52,911 bases of DNA from a virus. Taxonomy: Duplodnaviria; Caudoviricetes. Shown here in pieces: positions 38,719 through 45,965 of the stretch. The notes under the pieces were generated by a model. That model saw only the letters and a list, made by a program, of their open reading frames with translations, was not told the origin of the DNA and did not search any database. The stretch covers positions 1-52,911 of the IMG/VR virus record IMGVR_UViG_3300037478_000858; one strand, written 5' to 3'. Position 1 is the stretch's first letter. Each line of letters starts with the position of its first letter. Both the position numbers and the translations under genes were made by a program.

Positions 38719-38900
38719 CAGGTGTCCACCGCGTCGTTGTGACGCTCGATGTGATCGGTGAGGAAGTGACGGAGGCAGGCCCGGTCAAGCCGGGTGAGGT
38801 CGAGGTAATCAGACCAGGAGAGCGCGCCTCGGAGGTTCCACGCGACCCACACCCAGTCGGCGATCAACCGGGCTCGGTGGGCCCGGCCGCCGGCAAAGGG
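38718..38900 (-). CDS. Tail assembly chaperone -1 frameshift extension (gpGT-like)
   Basis: Slippery C-CCT-TTG at 38900..38894; -1 frame reads PFAGG...WVAWNLRGALSWSDYLDL to the stop next to the TMP start. Confidence 0.7.
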   Translation of the reverse strand, partial: PFAGGRAHRARLIADWVWVAWNLRGALSWSDYLDLTRLDRACLRHFLTDHIERHNDAVDT

Positions 38901-39526
38901 TCGGCGCTCCCCGCGATGATGTCGTCGAGCATCCCCTGCGGCAGCGCGGCTACCCGATCGTGGGCAGCTCGCACGAAGGCGCGCGAGCGGAGGTCCCAGC
39001 CCGACCAGTCGAAGGGCTGCTCGGCGGGGCGGCCATCCACCTCGACGATCGACAGCCCGACGAGCACCTCGGAGATCTGGTAGTTGGTGAGGCCCTCCCC
39101 GAGGGCGTCGAGGGCGGCGTTCTCCTCGCGACCATTTCGCAGGCCGAGCTTGATGGTCGTGAACGCGAGGCCGAGGTCGTCGTCGCGGAGCCCGGGCCGA
39201 TCGGTGGCGGCGAAGGTGCGGCCTTGCTCGGTGGCGAGGAAGGCATCCATCTCGTCTTTGGTCGGGGCGTGGAGCCGAAGGTAGCAGCCGCGCACGACCG
39301 CCCGGGTGAGCTGGTCCCAGTCGGCCCACGCGACGTAGGGGCGCGTGACGGCCTCGTCGTTGACCTTGGTGATCGCGTCGGCTACCAGCTGCTCTTGCAA
39401 CCGGGTCGAGGACTCGCCGGCCCGGCCTACGGCGGCCGCCTCGTCGGCCCCGGTGAGCACCGCGAGCTCGAACGAGGCGATGGCCAGGTCGGGGTACTTC
39501 GCGCAGTCGAATCGCTTCGTGGTCAT
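38864..39526 (-). CDS. Tail assembly chaperone (internally duplicated)
   Basis: Between tube and TMP; two similar halves. Confidence 0.75.
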   Translation of the reverse strand: MTTKRFDCAKYPDLAIASFELAVLTGADEAAAVGRAGESSTRLQEQLVADAITKVNDEAVTRPYVAWADWDQLTRAVVRGCYLRLHAPTKDEMDAFLATEQGRTFAATDRPGLRDDDLGLAFTTIKLGLRNGREENAALDALGEGLTNYQISEVLVGLSIVEVDGRPAEQPFDWSGWDLRSRAFVRAAHDRVAALPQGMLDDIIAGSADPLPAAGPTEPG

Positions 39527-39961
39527 CTACGCGGCGTCCATGAACGAGCAGAACCCGGTCCAGCTCGGCATGATGTAGCCCCGCTCGGGCCGCTCCCAGC
39601 CGTCGAGGTGCATCACGAGGTCGCCGGACAGGACCACGACCAGCGGGGCGGCGCGTCGGTGGGCCATGGTGATCGCCAGCGAGATCTCGGGGAACGGCGC
39701 GCCCTGCTCGTCCGCGCGCTGGATCTCGTTCCAGAGGTCGAACCAGACGCGATCGCTCTGGTAGATCCCGAACGAGAAGTCCACTCCGTGGATGTCGAGG
39801 TCGCCGCGCTCGCGCGCCTCGCCGGAGTGGATGGGGGTCTCGAGGGTAACCTTCGGACTGATCCGCAGATTGGCGACACGAAGCATCGAGCCCTCGAGGC
39901 GCACGCCGCTCTTGGTGATCTGGGCGATGGCCTCTTTGGCCCGCATCTTTTCGAACGCCAT
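39527..39961 (-). CDS. Tail tube protein
   Basis: 144 aa immediately after the sheath gene. Confidence 0.75.
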   Translation of the reverse strand: MAFEKMRAKEAIAQITKSGVRLEGSMLRVANLRISPKVTLETPIHSGEARERGDLDIHGVDFSFGIYQSDRVWFDLWNEIQRADEQGAPFPEISLAITMAHRRAAPLVVVLSGDLVMHLDGWERPERGYIMPSWTGFCSFMDAA

Positions 39962-39969
39962 GGTGCCTC

Positions 39970-41457
39970 CTAGCCCTGCTCGGTGATTTGGACGGTTGCG
40001 CCGACTTCTTCGAAGAGGACGATGAAGAGCCCGAACGCGATGGTGCGGATGCGGGCGAGATCCTTCTGGACGCCGAGCGCCCGCTGCTCGTCGCTGTTGA
40101 TGACCTCGGTGTCGTAAACGAAGGCGGGCTCGCCGCTCGCCAGGCGGTCGACGTAACGACCCTGGCGGGCCTGTCCCGACAGAAAGCCGCTGATGTCGGC
40201 GCGGCGGCGGTCGCGACGGGTCTGGGTGTTCGACTTCTTGACGTCACCGCTGGTGCGCTGGGCCATCGCAGAGATGAGGAAGTCCCGGATCCGCCGCTCG
40301 GTGATCTCGGGACGCTCGAGGTTGGTGGTCACGCCCGAGACGAACACGTGGCCGCCGGTTTGGTGGCGCTCGAAGGCGCAGATCCCGACCTCGCGGAACG
40401 AGTCGTAGTCGCCGGGCTGGAGCCCCTCGAAGGTGAGCCCGCGGATCCCGGTCGTGAACTGCCGGCTGTCGTCGTCGCCCGGGTGCACGTCGGCGTCGGT
40501 CTGGCTCAGGATCGAGGCCATCCACGCGTGCGGCTCGGTGGTGACGAGCGTCGCCGTTTCCGGGTCGAGGGTTGTCGGGTGGTTGAAGCAGTACACCAAC
40601 CGCGACAGCGCGCTCCGCAGCCCGGCGACCTCGGTCTCGGCGGCGGCCTGGGTGATTGCCGCGGTGTCCGGGCAGACCAGGAACAGGCGGTCGGGCGAGG
40701 CGTCGGCGAGCACGAGCAGCTGGGCCTTGACGGCCGCGGTCGAGTGGCCAGCGACGTAGACGATGCCCACGCCCTTGAAGCCGGAAAGGAGGTCGAGGGG
40801 CCCACCTCCGGCCGTGTAGTCGGCGTCGACTAGGGTGCCGTCGTCGCCGGCGGTATCGGTGAGCGACGCTGCAGCGGCATCGTCGGGTCGACCGTCGGCG
40901 AGCTTGGTGACCTCGACCAGATTGGCGTCGTCGTCGCCGATCACCTGGAGCAAGTTGTCATTGCCGGCGGTGACGTCGAGGTTGCGGTAGACGACCTCGC
41001 GGCCGAGGTAGGACACCCGCAGGTTGAAGTGGTCGCCATCGCCGTCGGTGGCGGCCTCGATGTCCACGACGATGTCGTTCCCCCACGCGCCCGGCGAGCT
41101 GGCGGCGATGTTGATGGCCGGGGTCGCTCCGTCGACGAAATCGGCCTCCGCGGTCGCTGCGTCGCTGGCGATCGCCCGGGCCACGACCAGCCGGCCGACC
41201 GGCTTGTTGAGCAGGCTCTTCCAGATCTCACCGACGATCGGGCCCCCGCTGCCGTAGTCGCGTCCACCGAACACGTCGATGAACCGCTGCGGGCTGTTGA
41301 TCTCGACAACGCCGGCCGGGCCGCGGACGGTGCGTCCGGTAACTCCGATGATGTTGTTCTGGACGCCGCCCACCACGGCAGGGGGCGCGACCGAGCGGAT
41401 GTACAGCCCCTCGGCCCCGATCTGGGCGTCGCTGGTGATGAATCGTGGCGCCGGCAT
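39970..41457 (-). CDS. Contractile tail sheath protein
   Basis: GLYIRSV...GRTVRGP...FIDVFG; SSPGAWGNDI; EITERRIRDFL. Confidence 0.9.
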   Translation of the reverse strand: MPAPRFITSDAQIGAEGLYIRSVAPPAVVGGVQNNIIGVTGRTVRGPAGVVEINSPQRFIDVFGGRDYGSGGPIVGEIWKSLLNKPVGRLVVARAIASDAATAEADFVDGATPAINIAASSPGAWGNDIVVDIEAATDGDGDHFNLRVSYLGREVVYRNLDVTAGNDNLLQVIGDDDANLVEVTKLADGRPDDAAAASLTDTAGDDGTLVDADYTAGGGPLDLLSGFKGVGIVYVAGHSTAAVKAQLLVLADASPDRLFLVCPDTAAITQAAAETEVAGLRSALSRLVYCFNHPTTLDPETATLVTTEPHAWMASILSQTDADVHPGDDDSRQFTTGIRGLTFEGLQPGDYDSFREVGICAFERHQTGGHVFVSGVTTNLERPEITERRIRDFLISAMAQRTSGDVKKSNTQTRRDRRRADISGFLSGQARQGRYVDRLASGEPAFVYDTEVINSDEQRALGVQKDLARIRTIAFGLFIVLFEEVGATVQITEQG

Positions 41458-41466
41458 GGGTGTCTC

Positions 41467-42138
41467 CTACGGGTACGGGGTGAGCGAGCCGTCCTCGGCG
41501 ACCTCGAACTGCTCGAGCTCGGGGAGGTTGGCCAGGTCGGCGTCGCTGGCGATCGGGGTGTCGAGGTCGCTGGTGATGGCGAGCACGAGGTCGGTGACGA
41601 CGTGGGCGTCCTTGCGCAGCACGAGGACGGGAACGTCGACCGAGACCTCGGTGAAGCTCCAGCGACGCTGCGAGAACACGAGCTCCTCTCGCCACTCGGT
41701 GTCCTCGAAGTGGAACGCGACGTCGTAGGTCTCGGCGATCGGAAAGCCACCGATCACGAGACCGGAGAGGGTGACCAGCAGTCGGCCCGGAGCTCGGTCA
41801 TCGCCGCAGAACGCGGCGAGCACGGCGTCCTCGATCTCCTCGCGCTGGACCGGGTAGCGAGCGCCCACCCACAGCCGGACGGAGCCCTCGAGCGAGCCCA
41901 CGTGCACGACCGCGTCGGCGCCGTCGTTGACCATGACCGGCTCGCCGTCCTCGTCCTCGAGCTCCAGGTCCGGGTGCGGATCGAACTTAAACCGCTCGGG
42001 GAGGATGGCGAGCCGCGGGTAGTCGGCGGCCTCGGTCGGCGGTCGCTGGAGCACCTCGACGGCGCCGGCCAGCGTCGGGCTCGAGGCCTCGAGGGCAGCG
42101 CCGAGGGCAGCGGCGGCGGCGTAGCGGAGGGCGCTCAC
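41467..42138 (-). CDS. Tail terminator/completion protein
   Basis: Position before sheath; YPRLAI motif; GTG start 42138. Confidence 0.55.
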   Translation of the reverse strand: MSALRYAAAAALGAALEASSPTLAGAVEVLQRPPTEAADYPRLAILPERFKFDPHPDLELEDEDGEPVMVNDGADAVVHVGSLEGSVRLWVGARYPVQREEIEDAVLAAFCGDDRAPGRLLVTLSGLVIGGFPIAETYDVAFHFEDTEWREELVFSQRRWSFTEVSVDVPVLVLRKDAHVVTDLVLAITSDLDTPIASDADLANLPELEQFEVAEDGSLTPYP

Positions 42139-42638
42139 CGGCCTGCCCCACCTTTGAGCCGGCGTTCTACCTCTTCGCGGAGGAACCGGTTCAGCGTCGG
42201 AAGTGCGTCGCGGAACACGAAGCGGCCGTCCTGGCCGTGCCGGCGAATCTTTTCGACGATGGCCCGGGTGATCGCGCCGACGTCGAGGTTGTCCTCGGCG
42301 TCGGCCGCGTTGATGCCGAGCATCTTGCGCGCGACCCAAGCACGGATCGCCTCGCGACCCTCCTCGGAGACCGGATGAGGGCGGGCCCCGAGCTCGATGA
42401 CGCCGGCGATCGGCGAGTCGTTCTCGAGTACGACCTCACCCCCTTGGCCACGGACCTGGAAGCTCGACTTGTACTGGCCGCGGTCGGTGATGCCTTTGCG
42501 GTCGGTCTCGGCGATCAGATGGGCCTTGCCGCGCTGGGCGGCGACGCGCTGCGAGCTGCGAATGGCGCCCTTGACCTTGCGCGCCTCTTCGCGCAGAGCC
42601 TTCGGCAGGTCCTTCGCGCTGATCGCCCGGGTAGCCAT
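42135..42638 (-). CDS. Neck protein (HK97 gp10-like)
   Basis: DRGQYKSSF...NDSPIAGVIELGARPH. Confidence 0.65.
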   Translation of the reverse strand: MATRAISAKDLPKALREEARKVKGAIRSSQRVAAQRGKAHLIAETDRKGITDRGQYKSSFQVRGQGGEVVLENDSPIAGVIELGARPHPVSEEGREAIRAWVARKMLGINAADAEDNLDVGAITRAIVEKIRRHGQDGRFVFRDALPTLNRFLREEVERRLKGGAGR

Positions 42639-43102
42639 CAGACGTTCTCCGTGCGGCGGCAGACGATGCGCCAGCCGATGTCCGGGTCGCCGCGGAGCAC
42701 CTCGGGCGGGCGCCGCGGGACGTACTCGCGCACCCGCTGGGCCTGGCCGTGGGCGTCGGTTACCCGGTAGAAGAACTCGGACGGCGACGAGACCGCAGGC
42801 GCGAGCTCGGCCTCGGTGTAGGTGAGGCTGATCTCGTCGATGACGATGTCGCCCTCCTCCTCGAGGCCGGCGGGGCGGAGCTCACCGCGTACGTTCGTGC
42901 GCACCCGCGGCGGCGGCGACAGCTCGAGGGCTACGTCGTCGGGGGCGCCCTCGCCAAGGCGATCTCCCGACCACGTTCGGGTCACGACCTCGACGGTGTG
43001 TGGCCGGGTCCCGAGCACCGGATGTAGCGAGCTCCGCAGGTCATCGACCAGCGGAACCAGGCTGTCGACCAGAACGGTCGGATCGAGGACCGAGTCCGGC
43101 AT
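42638..43102 (-). CDS. Head closure/stopper protein
   Basis: Position and size in the neck module. Confidence 0.5.
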   Translation of the reverse strand: MPDSVLDPTVLVDSLVPLVDDLRSSLHPVLGTRPHTVEVVTRTWSGDRLGEGAPDDVALELSPPPRVRTNVRGELRPAGLEEEGDIVIDEISLTYTEAELAPAVSSPSEFFYRVTDAHGQAQRVREYVPRRPPEVLRGDPDIGWRIVCRRTENV

Positions 43103-43473
43103 CAGACCGCCACCGCCGATCGCACACCGGCGTGGAACGCGGCGCCCGGCATGATCGCGACGTCGAGCATCGCCGCCATCCGAACCACCGCCTCGCGACC
43201 GCGGGCGATCGCCGCGGCGACCTGGTAGTGCACGCGCAGCTGGATCGAACCGACCTGGGTGGCCTTGCCGCTCAGCTGGTACTGGGCCTCGATGAACGCG
43301 TCGGCGTCCAGGGCCCGCTGCAGCTCCACGCGCACCTCGGCCTCGTCATCCGGGCGCGTGTCGATGGCGTCCATCGAGCGCTCGAGCGACGTGGCCTCCT
43401 CGCCGGAGCCCGTGAGGGTGGTCCAGCCGAGGTACTTGCGGACCTGGGCCCGCTCTGGGCCGGTGAGGGCCAC
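43102..43473 (-). CDS. Head-tail adaptor candidate
   Basis: Helical ALTGPERAQVRKYLGW N-terminus; position after capsid genes. Confidence 0.5.
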   Translation of the reverse strand: MALTGPERAQVRKYLGWTTLTGSGEEATSLERSMDAIDTRPDDEAEVRVELQRALDADAFIEAQYQLSGKATQVGSIQLRVHYQVAAAIARGREAVVRMAAMLDVAIMPGAAFHAGVRSAVAV

Positions 43474-43476
43474 GGG

Positions 43477-43758
43477 CTAGCCCTTCGGCTTGCCCTTCTC
43501 GCCCTTCGCCTTGGACTTCTCGCCCTCGGCGTCCTTGGCCTTGGCCTTGGCCTCGTCGGAAACCGGGACGACTCGGCCGCCGGTGAGCCGGTCGATCACC
43601 GAGGGGATGACCTTGCCGCTCGGCAGCTGGCGCCGCATGCAGTATCCGTCCTCCACCTCCGCGATGTCGCCGGGCTTCATCTCGTAGCGCCGTACCTGTC
43701 CGGGTGCGCTGGCGATCATGAACTTCGCCGTTTCCTTGCTCTGGTTCTGGACCTTCAT
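43477..43758 (-). CDS. Small Lys-rich protein after major capsid
   Basis: AAGGAG RBS, ATG 43758. Confidence 0.6.
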   Translation of the reverse strand: MKVQNQSKETAKFMIASAPGQVRRYEMKPGDIAEVEDGYCMRRQLPSGKVIPSVIDRLTGGRVVPVSDEAKAKAKDAEGEKSKAKGEKGKPKG

Positions 43759-43769
43759 GGGGTTGCTCC

Positions 43770-44855
43770 TTACAGCGCGGGATCGAGGTCGGTGATGCGG
43801 AAGTGGGCGTTGGGCCGATCGACGGCGAGCTGGCAGGTGGTCACCAGCTGGAACTTCGACTTGCGGCCGGTGCGGGCCAGCTTGTAGAGGCCGGCCATCA
43901 GCGGGCGGGCGCCGCGCGAGAACTCCTCCGGGCGCAGCATCTGTTCCTCGACGGTGCCGGCGATCGGCAGCTCGGCGAGGATGTCGCCGCGATCGCGCGC
44001 GGCGGCGGCGCGGGGCAGCTCGAGCAGCTCGATGTGATCGAGGTTGAGCCCCACGAGGTCGGAGTCCGGCCAGTCCTTGTCCTTGATGATCGGCACGCCG
44101 TTGATCAGGAGCATCTCGTAGCCCTGATCGATCGTGATCGCCTGGCCGCGGACCGTCGCGGTCTGGACGTTCTGCACGAGGCGCCGATCGTCGGCGGCCA
44201 GGGAGCCGATCTTCGTCCACAGGGCGGTGCTCGCGACCAGCAAATCGGGACGCCCGCCGCTCGCGTCGAACGCGGCATCGAACCCCTCCTGGATGAGGTC
44301 GATGGTGATGGCGCGGTCTACGGCGGCGTTGGCGAGCAGGTTGCTGGCGAACTGCGAATGGGTGGCCCGGTTCACCGTGGCGTAGATACCGGTCGCGTCG
44401 AGGGGTCCGCCGGTGCTGAGCATGCCGCTCAGCTCCTGGGGCGGGCCGGCGTCGCCGGTGCCGGAGATCAGCTCGAGATTGATTTTGGCGGCAGCGCGGT
44501 TGCGCGCGTCCCGGAGCTTCTTCAGGTAGACGTTCGCCAGCTCGGTCGGGTCGCCGGCGGCGGCGTCCTCGGTGCGACCGGTGATCGCGAACGAGTCGCC
44601 GAGCTCGGCCCACTCGAGGACCGCGGGCAGCTCGGTGTCGTCGCTGAACGCCGCGACGTCTTCGCCGTCGTCGTAGTACACGCCGACGTCGGTGCCGACG
44701 GTGATGGTCCATGCGCAGTTCTTCCCTGCCTTCGCCTTTGCCTTCGGCAAGAGGTTGAGCAAGGTGGTCGCGCGGTTCGGCTGGCGAGCGACGACGCCAG
44801 AGCGAAACCGCTGCTCGAGGGCGTCGCGAAGGCTGGCGAGTGTGGCATCGGGCAC
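43770..44855 (-). CDS. Major capsid protein (HK97-fold expected)
   Basis: 361 aa after scaffold; AGGAG RBS before GTG 44855; INGVPIIKD motif. Confidence 0.85.
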   Translation of the reverse strand: MPDATLASLRDALEQRFRSGVVARQPNRATTLLNLLPKAKAKAGKNCAWTITVGTDVGVYYDDGEDVAAFSDDTELPAVLEWAELGDSFAITGRTEDAAAGDPTELANVYLKKLRDARNRAAAKINLELISGTGDAGPPQELSGMLSTGGPLDATGIYATVNRATHSQFASNLLANAAVDRAITIDLIQEGFDAAFDASGGRPDLLVASTALWTKIGSLAADDRRLVQNVQTATVRGQAITIDQGYEMLLINGVPIIKDKDWPDSDLVGLNLDHIELLELPRAAAARDRGDILAELPIAGTVEEQMLRPEEFSRGARPLMAGLYKLARTGRKSKFQLVTTCQLAVDRPNAHFRITDLDPAL

Positions 44856-45035
44856 TGGTCGGCTCCTGGCAAGGGGTTCACGTCCTTGTCGCCGGACCGC
44901 GTGCTGCACGACCGAGGTCGTGAGTGAGTGCCCTTATCGCCGTGGCTCGCGTGCCGAAGCGCAGCCGCGCTCGGTTCGCTGAATATGCGGGCCGGTGCCC
45001 GGGGCGGCCTAGGGGAGTATTTGCCCCCCTAGGCC
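44856..45035 (-). promoter_or_regulatory. Late promoter box (45006-45035), -10-like CATATT (44987-44982) and structured capsid 5' leader
   Basis: GGCCTAGGGGAGTATTTGCCCCCCTAGGCC; leader hairpins CCGAGCGC/GCGCTTCGG and CACGACC/GGTCGTG. Confidence 0.6.
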
Positions 45036-45045
45036 GGAGCGGTCA

Positions 45046-45768
45046 CTAACCGAGGGGTTGCCCCGCCAGCAGCGCCCCGAGCTGGGCGTCGGTGACGTTG
45101 CCGTCCTTGTCGGGCGTCAAATCGATCGGCCCGCCGGAGTTGCCGGAGCCGCTCACCTCGCGCGGCGCCTTGAATCGCTTGCCGAGGTCGCTCTCGGCCC
45201 ACGACTTCACGCCATCGGCCAGCGCAACCTCGAGCTCGTCGTCGTCGAGCCAAACGACCTTGCTGCCGCCCTTGTCGTCTTCGACCGTCGTCACTCGGCC
45301 CTTCAGGTGACCGAGTGCGACGTCGAGCAGCTCCTTGTCGACGCCGATCTTGGAGAGCTGCTCGGCGAGGGCTGAACGTTCACCGGTGGACCGTGCCTTG
45401 TCGGCAGCCTCCTGGCGCTTCTTCTCCGTTTCCTCGACCTTCGCCAGGAGGCGCTCGTTGTCCCGCTGGAGCTTCTTGAGCGTCTTGGCCACCTCTTCGG
45501 GCAGCTTGGCGCCGCCCTTGCCCTTGTCCTTGTCGCCGGCGGCCTCGTCGTCATCATCGTCGTCGTCCTCGAGCCCCTTCTTGAGCGCCTCGGTCGCAGT
45601 CGTCACCGCGTTGCCAACGGCCTCGCCGATCAGGTCCTTGAACGCCTGGCGCTTGAACTGCGCGGTTACCGCCTTGTTGGCGGCCTCGGCGACGAGGCCT
45701 TCGGTCTTGGTCGTCGACTCCTTGAGCGCGGCCTCGATGAGTTCTTTGACTTTCTCTTCGGTGAGCAT
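45046..45768 (-). CDS. Capsid scaffolding protein
   Basis: Highly charged coiled coil, acidic tract, GSGNSGG near C-terminus; AAGGAG RBS, ATG 45768. Confidence 0.75.
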   Translation of the reverse strand: MLTEEKVKELIEAALKESTTKTEGLVAEAANKAVTAQFKRQAFKDLIGEAVGNAVTTATEALKKGLEDDDDDDDEAAGDKDKGKGGAKLPEEVAKTLKKLQRDNERLLAKVEETEKKRQEAADKARSTGERSALAEQLSKIGVDKELLDVALGHLKGRVTTVEDDKGGSKVVWLDDDELEVALADGVKSWAESDLGKRFKAPREVSGSGNSGGPIDLTPDKDGNVTDAQLGALLAGQPLG

Positions 45769-45962
45769 CAGTTCTCCTTGAGCGAGTAGGGCACGCTCGG
45801 TTTGATTTCCCAGCCCTTCGACAGGCGCTCGAAGGCGGCCGGATCGTCTTGGAGCTGGCAGAGCGCTCGCCACTCGAGGTCCGAGATCGGGCGGTGCTCG
45901 CGATAGTAAGCCTCGGCCTGCGCCAGGTCGTTGCGTCGGAGATCTCCGATGGTCACGCCCAT
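45768..45962 (-). CDS. Small protein downstream of MuF (candidate immunity protein)
   Basis: 64 aa, starts 3 nt after the MuF stop. Confidence 0.5.
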   Translation of the reverse strand: MGVTIGDLRRNDLAQAEAYYREHRPISDLEWRALCQLQDDPAAFERLSKGWEIKPSVPYSLKEN

Positions 45963-45965
45963 ATT

